Positions 8,713-16,407 of a stretch of 24,000 nucleotides of DNA are shown here, one piece after another (position 1 is the first letter of the stretch; every line of letters begins with the position of its first letter). Position numbers and translations under genes: made by a program. The stretch is from an uncultured Actinomycetota bacterium (GTDB lineage: Bacteria; Actinomycetota; Actinomycetes; Sporichthyales; Sporichthyaceae), in contig CAVRLI010000011.1 in NCBI GenBank assembly GCA_963722375.1, positions 1 through 24,000 on the forward strand, given 5' to 3'. The notes beneath the pieces are model-generated. The model did not search any database and had not been told where the DNA came from. It was given only the letters and a program-made list of their open reading frames with translations.

Positions 8713-9187
8713 ATGGGTGAGACGGTCCGCCGCGAGATCACCGACACGCTCTACCGCTACTGCCGTGGCATCGACCGGATGGACGCCGACCTGATCCGCT
8801 CGGCCTACCACGCCGACGGCTACGACGACCACGGCGATGCCTTCCGCGGCAACGTCGAGGAGTACATCCGCTGGGTCCTGCCCGTGCTGGCCGAGCGGTT
8901 CGACTCGACCATGCACACGCTCTCGAACATCCACGATCGCCGAGGATGGCGGCAACGCGAACGTGGAGAGCTACCTGATCGCCTACCACGTCAGCAAGGG
9001 CGGCGGCTCGCTCAAGATCTTCGGTGCCCGCTACGTGGACCGGTTCGAGGACCGCCCCGGGGCCGGCTGGCGGATCGTGCACCGCACCCTGGTCTCGGAA
9101 TGGCAGACCGAGCAGGTCGGCCAGTTCGTCGCGACCCCGCCGGGCACCGTCCCGGCCACGCGCGATCGGACCGATCCCTCCTACTGA
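8713..9187 (+). pseudogene. SnoaL-like / NTF2-fold protein, frameshifted as sequenced at about 8935
   Basis: MGETVRREITDTLYRYCRGIDRMDADLIRSAYHADG...MHTLSNIH is in frame 1. IAEDGGNANVESYLIAYHV...WRIVHRT...* is in frame 2. Deleting the G at 8935 joins them as NIHIAEDGG. GTG 8704, which overlaps the P450 stop, is an alternative start. Confidence 0.7.
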
Positions 9188-9232
9188 CGCTGCTTCCGGC
9201 GCGCTGCGGCGGGGAATTGGCGAGAACCTCTA

Positions 9233-9247
9233 TATCGTGTTACGATA
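9233..9247. promoter_or_regulatory. Palindrome TATCGT-gtt-ACGATA in the AT-richer region upstream of the USP gene (candidate operator or promoter element)
   Basis: Perfect 6-bp arms with a 3-bp spacer lie 35-49 nt upstream of ATG 9282. The local sequence gaacctctatatcgtgttacgatactagatcc is conspicuously AT-rich for this window. Confidence 0.35.
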
Positions 9248-9281
9248 CTAGATCCTGATCCTCCGGAGCAGGCGGTGAGGC

Positions 9282-10163
9282 ATGGATCGCGGGCCAGTGC
9301 GTCCGATCGTCGTGGCCGTCGACAACGCCGGTCGCGCCGATGGCGCGGTGGAGTGGGCCGCTGCGGAGGCGGCCGCGCGGCGGCGTCCCCTGCATGTGGT
9401 CCATGCGCTCGCGGCCCCGAGATCGGTCGACCCCAGCGCGGTCAGCGTGGTCGTCGCCCAGGTCGCGGCCGAACGGGTCCGGGCGGACGAGATCGCGTCC
9501 CGGGCCGTCAGCTGCGCCATGGGGATCGCCTCTGATCTCGACGTGACGGTTCGGCTGGTGGAGGGGGCGGCGGCGTCGGTCCTGCTGCGCGAGGCCAGGT
9601 CCGCAGCGGGGCTCGTGCTGGGCGTCGGGGAGCGCTGGACGGCGCGACGGCTCTTCGGCGACTCGGTGTCCGCCACCGTCGCGGCGCGGGCGAACTGCCC
9701 GGTGGTCCTCGTCCCGGACAAGCAACCGCCGACGGGTCGGCCCGAGGTCGTGCTCGGGCTCGACCAGGGAGCGACCGGGCTGCCGGCCCTGGGTTTCGCG
9801 TTCCGCGCGGCCTGGCAGCGTGGGGTCCCGCTCACAGTGGTGCACGCGAGCTGGCGAGCCCACGAGCGGATCGGTCCCGCCGAACTGAGCCTCGCCGCTT
9901 TCGGTGACCTCCTCGACGACTTCGTGACCGCCCAGGCGCTGCTGCGCGCGCAGCGACAGTTCCCGAGCGTCGACGTGCGCACGCGGCTGGTCGAAGGCGA
10001 TGCGGCCGTCGCGCTGGCTGCGCTGTCGACCGGCGCCACGCTGCTCGTCCTCGGATCCGTCGGGCGTCGCCGGCTCGGGCGACCGGCGGTGTCCGTCGGC
10101 CGCCGGCTGCTGACGGCGGCGACCTGCCCGGTCGCGATCGTGGGCAGCGAGCCCTCCTGCTGA
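9282..10163 (+). CDS. Universal stress protein, tandem USP domains
   Basis: 293 aa with two repeats of the USP pattern: IVVAVDNAGRADGAVEWAA...CPVVLV and VVLGLD...LLVLGSVGRRRLGRP...CPVAIV. Confidence 0.8.
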   Translation: MDRGPVRPIVVAVDNAGRADGAVEWAAAEAAARRRPLHVVHALAAPRSVDPSAVSVVVAQVAAERVRADEIASRAVSCAMGIASDLDVTVRLVEGAAASVLLREARSAAGLVLGVGERWTARRLFGDSVSATVAARANCPVVLVPDKQPPTGRPEVVLGLDQGATGLPALGFAFRAAWQRGVPLTVVHASWRAHERIGPAELSLAAFGDLLDDFVTAQALLRAQRQFPSVDVRTRLVEGDAAVALAALSTGATLLVLGSVGRRRLGRPAVSVGRRLLTAATCPVAIVGSEPSC

Positions 10164-10170
10164 CCCGGAC

Positions 10171-10482
10171 CTAGCCCCCGACGTCGGACCGATTGTGGTC
10201 CGGCCACGCGTCCTCGAACGACGGCGGTGGCGCGAACGGATCGGCCATCTCGCCGTGGATGTCGAGCATCTGCTGGAACAGCCCGAGGGTGTGGATGGCC
10301 TCGGCCTCGGTGATGCGCTGCAGTGCGAAGCCGATGTGCACGATCGTCCACTCACCGACCTCGAGGTCGGGGACGAACTCCAGGTTCACCTCCTTGACCA
10401 CCCCACCGGTTTCGACATCGGCCATGCGGGCGCCCTCGGACTCCCAGATCCGGGTCACCTGACCCGGGACCCCGAGACACAT
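10171..10482 (-). CDS. HypC/HupF-family hydrogenase chaperone, second copy with an extended C-terminus
   Basis: 103 aa: MCLGVPGQVTRIW...EWTIVHIGFALQRI. A GAAGGAGAG ribosome-binding site precedes the ATG (10480-10482). This is the last gene of the minus-strand operon. Confidence 0.88.
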   Translation of the reverse strand: MCLGVPGQVTRIWESEGARMADVETGGVVKEVNLEFVPDLEVGEWTIVHIGFALQRITEAEAIHTLGLFQQMLDIHGEMADPFAPPPSFEDAWPDHNRSDVGG

Positions 10483-10501
10483 GGCGCTCTCCTTCGGTCG
10501 T

Positions 10502-12886
10502 TTACAGCCGGGCGGCGACAGCGAGTTGGCCCAGGGCCAGCCCGGCGTCGCTGGGGGGAACAGTGCGATGGCGCAGCACGGTGAACCCGGCCACGGCCAG
10601 GCGTTCCACGCACAGCGCAGTGAGCAGCGCGTTGAGGAACACCCCGCCCGACAGGGCGACGGTGGCCGGACCGCCACGAGCCCGCAGCAGCTCCGCGACG
10701 GTGACGACGAGATCAGCCACCGCGAGATGGAATCGCGCGGACACGACGGCCGGGTCGACACCGGCCAGGACATCGGCCGCCGCCGCGGCGAGCACCGGCG
10801 CGGGGTCGAGCTGGAGCGGACCGTCCACGCTGTCGGTGACGGCGAACGCGTAGCCCGGGCCGCACGACGAAAGCGCGCCGCGGGCCAGGCCCTCGAAGCG
10901 CATCGCGGCCTCGGCCTCGTACGCGATGCGGTGGCAGACGCCGGCCAAGGAGGACACCGCGTCGAAGAGCCGGCCCATGCTCGAGGTGGGCACGCTGGCC
11001 AGGCCGGTCTCCAACTGGCGGGACAGCACCGAGCGCTCGGCCGGCGTGGTGGCAGCGACGCTCGGCAGCTCGGGGTCCCACCCCAGTCCCGCGGTGCGCA
11101 GGTGCGAGAGCGCCATGCGGCACGGGTTGCGCACCCCGGCATCCCCACCCGGCAAGGGCGTGTAGCGCAGATGCGCGGCGCGGGTGAAGCCGTCGTAGTC
11201 CGCGACCAACACCTCCCCGCCCCAGACCGCGCCGTCCTCGCCGTAGCCGGTGCCGTCGAAGGCGAATCCGAGCACGGGGTCGTTGCCCTCGTGCCCGGCG
11301 TCAGCCATCGCGGAAGCGATGTGCGCGTGGTGGTGCTGCACGTGGGCGAGCGGGAGACCACCCGCGTTGCGCGCGGCCCAGTCGGCGCTGCGGTACCCCG
11401 GGTGCCGGTCCGCGATCAGCAGTTGCGGCACCACACCGGTGAGCCGGGACAGCTGGGCGGTGGCGCCGTCGAAGGCGCGCAGGGTGGCGAGGTCGTCCAT
11501 GTCACCGACGTGCGCGGACATCCAGGCGTAGCCGCCGTCGCCGACGCAGAACGTGTTCTTGAGGTCCCCGCCGACCGCGAGGGCGGGCCGGAGTGCGAAC
11601 GGCAGCGCGACCGGCAGCGGGGCGTAGCCGCGGGAGCGGCGCACCGGCAGCTGCGCCCCGGCCGCGATCCGCACCACCGAGTCGTCGCACGGCACCGCGA
11701 TCGGGCGGTCGTGCGAGAGCCACGCGTCGGCCAGGCCGGCCAGCCGCTCCCGGGCCTCGGCGTCGTCGGTGACGATCGGCTCTCCGGCGAGGTTGCCGCT
11801 GGTCATCACCAGCGCCACGGGCCCGGGCGGGTCCCCGGGCAACCCGAACAGCAGCCGGTGCACGGGCGTGTAGGGCAGGAAGAGGCCGAGGTCGGGGGTG
11901 TCCGGGGCTACGCCCGGCGCGAGCCACGACCCTGTGGATAAACCTCGATTAGGGGTGACACCCCTTCTTGAGGTTTTTCCACAGCGGCGGGAGGCGAGGA
12001 CGACGGGCCGACGGGGGTCGGTGAGCAGGTCGCGCTCGGCGCCGGAGAGGTCGGCGAGCGCCTCGGCGGTGGTCAGGTCCGCGACCATCACGGCGAACGG
12101 CTTGTCGCCGCGGTCCTTGCGCTTGCGCAGGGTCTCCACGGCGATCGGGTGGGAGGCGTCGCAGGCCAGGTGGTAGCCGCCGAGACCCTTGACCGCGAGG
12201 ATTCCGCCGTCGGCCAGCAACTCTCGGGCCACGGCCATCGCGACGTCGTCGTGGCAGTCCGGCAGTCCGGGCTGATGCAGCGTCAGACGCGGGCCGCAGT
12301 CGCGGCAGGCGACGGTCTGGGCGTGGAAACGGCGGTCGGCCGGATCGGCGTACTCCGCGGCGCAGACGCTGCACAGCGGCAGGTCGGCCATGGTGGTGGC
12401 CGGACGGTCGTAGGGCAGGTCGAGAACGACGGTGAACCGCGGCCCGCAGTTTGTGCAACTGATGAAGGCGTGCCGGTAGCGGCGGTCCGCCGGATCGGCC
12501 AGTTCGGCCAGGCAGTCCGCGCAGGTCGCCACGTCCGGTGAGACCAGGGTGCGACCAGTTCCGCCCTGGGAATCGGCGATGGTGAAGTCGGTGCCGCCGC
12601 GGCAGGGCAACGCCTCGGCGGTTACCGACTCGACGCGTGCGAGTGGCGGCGCGTCGGTGCGCACCCGGGTCGCGAACGCATTGACCGCGGCCGGCGCACC
12701 CTCGACCTCGATCACCACCCCGTCGGGTGTGTTCGCCACCGCCCCGGACAACGCGAGCTCGCGGGCCAGCGCGTAGACGAAAGGCCGGAAGCCGACCCCC
12801 TGCACGACTCCGCGCACGACGACGCGCCGCCGGTGGCGGTCTCCCTGTGAAGAACTGCCGGCGGCGCGCTCGCGCGGCGGGGTCAA
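10502..12886 (-). CDS. hypF: Carbamoyltransferase HypF
   Basis: The acylphosphatase domain reads VVVRGVVQGVGFRPFV. There are two zinc-finger pairs (CADCLAEL...CTNCGPRFT and CSVCAAEY...CRDCGPR). Also present are the YrdC-like AVKGLGGYHLACDA and the Kae1-like C-terminus. The proposed TTG start (12884-12886) overlaps the stop of the upstream 63-aa ORF (TTGA); the start is less certain than the gene identity. The gene contains the in-frame palindromic insert at 11932-11984. Confidence 0.88.
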   Translation of the reverse strand: MTPPRERAAGSSSQGDRHRRRVVVRGVVQGVGFRPFVYALARELALSGAVANTPDGVVIEVEGAPAAVNAFATRVRTDAPPLARVESVTAEALPCRGGTDFTIADSQGGTGRTLVSPDVATCADCLAELADPADRRYRHAFISCTNCGPRFTVVLDLPYDRPATTMADLPLCSVCAAEYADPADRRFHAQTVACRDCGPRLTLHQPGLPDCHDDVAMAVARELLADGGILAVKGLGGYHLACDASHPIAVETLRKRKDRGDKPFAVMVADLTTAEALADLSGAERDLLTDPRRPVVLASRRCGKTSRRGVTPNRGLSTGSWLAPGVAPDTPDLGLFLPYTPVHRLLFGLPGDPPGPVALVMTSGNLAGEPIVTDDAEARERLAGLADAWLSHDRPIAVPCDDSVVRIAAGAQLPVRRSRGYAPLPVALPFALRPALAVGGDLKNTFCVGDGGYAWMSAHVGDMDDLATLRAFDGATAQLSRLTGVVPQLLIADRHPGYRSADWAARNAGGLPLAHVQHHHAHIASAMADAGHEGNDPVLGFAFDGTGYGEDGAVWGGEVLVADYDGFTRAAHLRYTPLPGGDAGVRNPCRMALSHLRTAGLGWDPELPSVAATTPAERSVLSRQLETGLASVPTSSMGRLFDAVSSLAGVCHRIAYEAEAAMRFEGLARGALSSCGPGYAFAVTDSVDGPLQLDPAPVLAAAAADVLAGVDPAVVSARFHLAVADLVVTVAELLRARGGPATVALSGGVFLNALLTALCVERLAVAGFTVLRHRTVPPSDAGLALGQLAVAARL
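11932..11984. repeat. 53-bp perfect nested palindrome embedded in frame in hypF (candidate miniature palindromic insertion)
   Basis: CTGTGGA t AAACCTC gatta GGGGTG a CACCCC ttctt GAGGTTT t TCCACAG. It has three fully complementary arm pairs (7+7+6 bp) and 26 of 53 bases are G/C. It is translated on the minus strand as CGKTSRRGVTPNRGLSTG using mostly A/T-ending codons. Confidence 0.8.
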
Positions 12887-13074
12887 GCTGCCCGCGCCGC
12901 TCTGGTGATTTCCTTCATCATCGGCATCCCCATCACGAGAGCCGACTCGACCAGCTTCTGCACCTCCTTGGAGGATCGGATCGCGTTGGCGGACTCGATG
13001 ACCCGGGCCACCCCGTCCCTGCCCTGCTTGGTGCCGACGACGAAACCGACGGCGAACCCGACCAAGACCTCCAT
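12883..13074 (-). CDS. Small conserved hypothetical protein (63 aa), hydrophobic N-terminus
   Basis: MEVLVGFAVGFVVGTKQGRDG... with GC3-rich codons. The ATG lies 4 nt after the stop of the preceding tiny ORF, and the stop overlaps the proposed hypF start. Confidence 0.55.
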   Translation of the reverse strand: MEVLVGFAVGFVVGTKQGRDGVARVIESANAIRSSKEVQKLVESALVMGMPMMKEITRAARAA

Positions 13075-13077
13075 CCG

Positions 13078-13183
13078 CTACATCTCCCGGATCTTCGAGA
13101 TAGCGCTTGATGTCAGGCAGCGACTGCACGACAGCGGCAACCGCCATCGCGAGCAGCGTCGCCTTGACCATCCGCGTGATCAT
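13078..13183 (-). pseudogene. Tiny membrane peptide (about 34 aa) ending ...RYL(K/E)IREM, frameshifted as sequenced near 13094-13097
   Basis: ATG 13181-13183 overlaps the endopeptidase stop (ATGA) and reads MITRMVKATLLAMAVAAVVQSLPDIKRYL. Removing one base from ctcGAAGat gives (K/E)IREM followed by TAG (13078-13080). From memory it resembles small actinobacterial peptides that end in YLRxRxM. Confidence 0.5.
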
Positions 13184-13658
13184 GTGGACACCTCCGTCAT
13201 TTCTCTCGCCAGCATTTCTTCGATCAACGCGACCGCAGCCGGAACCGCGGCCTCCACTTCGGGGCTCAGGCCCAGTCCTTCCTCCACGACCTTCGGCTCG
13301 CACGCGACCACCAGGACGCGTTCCACGCTCCCGCCGAGCGAACTGAGCATCCGCAGCACGGAGACCGGCTCCATGCCGTGCGCATCCACCGGCGGCGAGG
13401 TGCCCGGGGCGGCGGGATCTCGGCCGGGTCGACCTCGAGCAGGCTGACCGTGCCCGGCGCCTTACCGTGCGGCGCCGCGTCGACGAACACCAGGGTGCCG
13501 ACGCCGTCGAGCAGCCGGTAGGCCAGGTGCACGCCGCGGATGCCGTAGTCCTCCACCTCGGCCCCGACGGGCACCGGGTATCCGCGCAGGCGCGCGAGCA
13601 CCTCGGGGCCGAACCCGTCGTCGGAGAGGAAGATGTTGCCGATCCCCGCCACCAGCAA
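13180..13658 (-). pseudogene. [NiFe]-hydrogenase maturation endopeptidase (HupD/HyaD family), frameshifted as sequenced near 13406-13412
   Basis: LLVAGIGNIFLSDDGFGPEV...GVHLAYRLLDG...VFVDAAPHGKAPGTVSLLEVDPAEIPPP is in one frame. PGTSPPVDAHGMEPVSVLRML...VVACEP... is in another, implying 1 nt missing in the C/G run. The start is either TTG 13658 or ATG 13665; the latter is ATGA-coupled to the upstream stop but would need one further indel. Confidence 0.8.
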
Positions 13659-13661
13659 TCG

Positions 13662-15047
13662 TCATGACTCCTCCGCCGTCCAGTCGGCGCGCACCGGCTC
13701 CAGCTCGCCCGGGGTGAAGTAGAGGTAGCGTCCGTGCCAGCGGGAGATCTCCGCGAGCTCGGGGTCGTCGTCCGTCGTCACGCCGATGTGCGTGCCGCCG
13801 TCGACGTCGAGCATGACCACCTCGACGATCGCGGTCCGCCCACGCAGGAAGTCGTCCTGCGCGTCCGAGCGCCGAGCGCCCTGGCCGCGCCCGGGGAAGA
13901 GCCGGACCCGGCTGCCGCGCGCGACGGCGACACCGCCGATGTCCACCGCGTCGGACTCCGGGCTGACCGAGGAGTCCGCGCCCGGGTTCCACCACGGCGC
14001 ATCCGGGACGAAGTAGGTGGGGATCTCATCGTCCATCGCCGGCCCGCCGGGGGCGAGCCCGGTGCCGTCGCCCACCACAGCCGGACCCTCGTCGCCGGTG
14101 ACGTGACGCAGGTAGCGCAGCGCGCCGTGCAGGCGGTCGAGTTGCTCCTGCGGGAGGCCGTCGACCCGGTCGATGACCGCCGCCGCGCGGGGGTCGGTGG
14201 CCCGCGCCTCCGCCTTCTCCTCATCGGTCAGCGTCATCGTGCGCAGGGTGAGGATCTCGTCGATCTCGGTGGAGTCGTAGAGGTCGCCCGGACTCTCCGG
14301 TGCGATCTCCGGGTGATCGCCGAGGATGATCGGAGAGGACAGCACCACGCGTTCGCCGGTCGCCCCGGGACCGGCGAGCACCGGCCAAACACCCTCGTTC
14401 GTGCACCGGTCGACGAAAGGCTGCGCCCACTGCGGCGGGTCGGTCATCGACACGAAGTGGCCGGAGTCGAGCGCGCACAACGTGTGCGCGGCCACCAGCG
14501 CGGCCTGCACCGCGTCGTCACGCTCGTCGTAACCCGCGCCGGGGGTGGTGTTGACGACTTCGACGTTCAGCCGCAGCGCCCCGTAGGGACCGGGCAGTTC
14601 CTCGAACGAGATCCGCAGCGTCCCGGTCAGGTCCTGGCTGAGCAGCCGGGATCCGTCTCGCTGGTAGTCCTCACCGGCGAAACCGAAGGGATGCTCCCGC
14701 GGTGCGGCCAGCAGCGCGCTGACAGTGGCGACGACCTCCACCTCACGTTCGACCGTCTCGTCCCAGTCCGGCCGGTCACCGCCGGTGCGGTGCGCGATGT
14801 GCAGGAAGCGGACCGCGACCGTGAGGATCGCCTCCCGCGGAGCCTCGACCACGATCTGGGTCCGGCACGCGCAGCGCTCGCCGTTGTCCGCCGTCACGTA
14901 CCCGGGCGGCATGAGCACGCCGAACTGCCAGCGGGTCTGGTTCTTCGACGAGGACGCCCGGTACGGGTAGAGCACGTAGCCCTCGTAGAGGACGGTGTTG
15001 GCGATTGCCCGGGCATCCTCGAAGACCGAGACCGTCGGGGCCGTCAC
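13662..15047 (-). CDS. Conserved hypothetical protein (461 aa) of group 1h hydrogenase operons, function unknown
   Basis: An intact ORF with GC3-rich codons, translationally coupled at both ends. I recognised no catalytic motif. The sequence starts MTAPTVSVFEDARAIANTVLYEGYVLYPYR... Confidence 0.7.
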   Translation of the reverse strand: MTAPTVSVFEDARAIANTVLYEGYVLYPYRASSSKNQTRWQFGVLMPPGYVTADNGERCACRTQIVVEAPREAILTVAVRFLHIAHRTGGDRPDWDETVEREVEVVATVSALLAAPREHPFGFAGEDYQRDGSRLLSQDLTGTLRISFEELPGPYGALRLNVEVVNTTPGAGYDERDDAVQAALVAAHTLCALDSGHFVSMTDPPQWAQPFVDRCTNEGVWPVLAGPGATGERVVLSSPIILGDHPEIAPESPGDLYDSTEIDEILTLRTMTLTDEEKAEARATDPRAAAVIDRVDGLPQEQLDRLHGALRYLRHVTGDEGPAVVGDGTGLAPGGPAMDDEIPTYFVPDAPWWNPGADSSVSPESDAVDIGGVAVARGSRVRLFPGRGQGARRSDAQDDFLRGRTAIVEVVMLDVDGGTHIGVTTDDDPELAEISRWHGRYLYFTPGELEPVRADWTAEES

Positions 15048-15712
15048 AGTTCGCTCTCAACCGGCACCGTCTTACATGCGACGTCCTCGATCAGCGAGGT
15101 GATCGCTTGCTCCCAGGTCGGGATGGCGCGCGCGGTCTTGTAGGCGCCGAGGGCATGCAGGGCGTCCTGGCTGAGTCGGATCCATCCGCAGCCCGGGTAG
15201 AAGCGGTCCATCATCTCGCGCCAGACCGCGACCGGGAGTTCGTAGCTCGCCTCGGCCTTCCAGGAGATCGGCGAGATCGCCATCCCGGTGGGTCCGCCGC
15301 CCTTGGTGAACACCGTCCCGGAGAACAGGAACAACAGCGGGATCACGCCCTCGGTGAGGGCGTGGAAGTAGCTGGTGGCCGCGATCTCCAGGTCGTAAGT
15401 GCACGGCACCGAGATCTCGAACTCGGTGGAGTCGGTGAAGCCGGGGATCATCGCCGAGACCTGGGCGAACTGCATCGGGCGCACCGTGTCGGCCCACCGT
15501 GCCGGTTCACCGAACACGTCACCGAGCTGCTCGGCCTCGATGCCGTTGTACCGACGCCGCTGCGGCTCGATCCGGATCTGGGCCCGCAGCATGATCGAGT
15601 GCACGACGACGGCGCCGGTGGGCTCGGTCGCCTTCATCGTGAACGAGAGCGTGGGCCCGGCCGCGTACTTGTCGGATACCCCGGCCAGGCACTGCAGCTC
15701 CAGCTCAGCCAT
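15044..15712 (-). CDS. Conserved hypothetical protein (222 aa; DUF6084-like from memory), function unknown
   Basis: An intact ORF whose stop overlaps the next start by 4 nt. It starts MAELELQCLAGVSDKYAAGPTLSF... Confidence 0.7.
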   Translation of the reverse strand: MAELELQCLAGVSDKYAAGPTLSFTMKATEPTGAVVVHSIMLRAQIRIEPQRRRYNGIEAEQLGDVFGEPARWADTVRPMQFAQVSAMIPGFTDSTEFEISVPCTYDLEIAATSYFHALTEGVIPLLFLFSGTVFTKGGGPTGMAISPISWKAEASYELPVAVWREMMDRFYPGCGWIRLSQDALHALGAYKTARAIPTWEQAITSLIEDVACKTVPVESEL

Positions 15713-16394
15713 GGGCCTGATCCACCGTCAGTACCCGGGCCCGGGAGCGGGCGTTCGCGAAGAACCCGTCCAGATCGGCCCGGGCCTCGGCCCCGCCGTC
15801 GAACCCGCTCCAGTGCATCCGGACCCGGCCGACCAGTTCGTAACAGGCGTCGATCGGCACCAGGAAGCACTCGTCCACGGCCGAGGAACCGGGGCCGGCC
15901 CGGCGCACGATCAACGCCTCGACGTCGGGCTCGAGAGCGGCCGCGAGGGGGTTCTCCGCGACGATCGCGTCCCAGGCCGACAGGTCGAGCAGGGACTCGG
16001 TGGCGCCGGCCGGGCTCGGGTAGTGCGCCACCACCCGGCCGAGCACGGAGTTCATGAAGAAGAACGCCACCGCGACCGGAACCTGCAGGTCCTCCCAGCG
16101 CCCGCGGTCCAGCGAGAAGTCCGGGTCGATCAGGTAGCGGTCCGGCACCATGCGGAAGTTGCCCCGCCCGGCCCCGGTGTGGGTGAACAACAGCGCGCAC
16201 GGCCGGCAGGTGCACAGCAGCCGGCGCGTGTCGGTGTCCACGACGTGCGGGTGCTCGTCGTGGACCGCGACGCCGCACATCTCGCAGAGCTCGCCCGGGA
16301 TCACCTTGGTCGTGCGGGTGGCGAACCCGGGCATCGCTACCGAGGAGGGATGCGGACGCGCGACAAAGCGGCGCAGCCCGGCCACTCCCGTCAT
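15705..16394 (-). CDS. Conserved hypothetical Cys-motif protein (229 aa; DUF5947-like from memory), function unknown
   Basis: An intact ORF that overlaps the downstream gene by 8 nt. It carries CEMCG...(18 aa)...CTCRPC, a possible metal-binding site. Confidence 0.7.
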   Translation of the reverse strand: MTGVAGLRRFVARPHPSSVAMPGFATRTTKVIPGELCEMCGVAVHDEHPHVVDTDTRRLLCTCRPCALLFTHTGAGRGNFRMVPDRYLIDPDFSLDRGRWEDLQVPVAVAFFFMNSVLGRVVAHYPSPAGATESLLDLSAWDAIVAENPLAAALEPDVEALIVRRAGPGSSAVDECFLVPIDACYELVGRVRMHWSGFDGGAEARADLDGFFANARSRARVLTVDQAHG

Positions 16395-16407
16395 CGCCCG
16401 TCTCCCA

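Noticed and set aside
10483-11361. The upstream 293 codons of the 396-aa ORF 10171-11361.
   Set aside because: Only the last 103 codons (MCLGVPGQ...) form a HypC protein with its own ribosome-binding site. The rest is an alternate frame of hypF.
11932-11984. The hypF palindrome read as an integron attC site or as a sequencing-adaptor hairpin.
   Set aside because: No GTTRRRY/RYYYAAC core pair is present, and the sequence does not match the adaptor hairpins I can recall. The artefact possibility is nevertheless retained as a refutation test in the finding.
12887-13303. The N-terminal 139 codons of the 933-aa ORF that contains hypF.
   Set aside because: The acylphosphatase domain starts just after 12886. 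The upstream part overlaps two tightly coupled small ORFs and the endopeptidase 3' end in other frames, and it has no HypF similarity.
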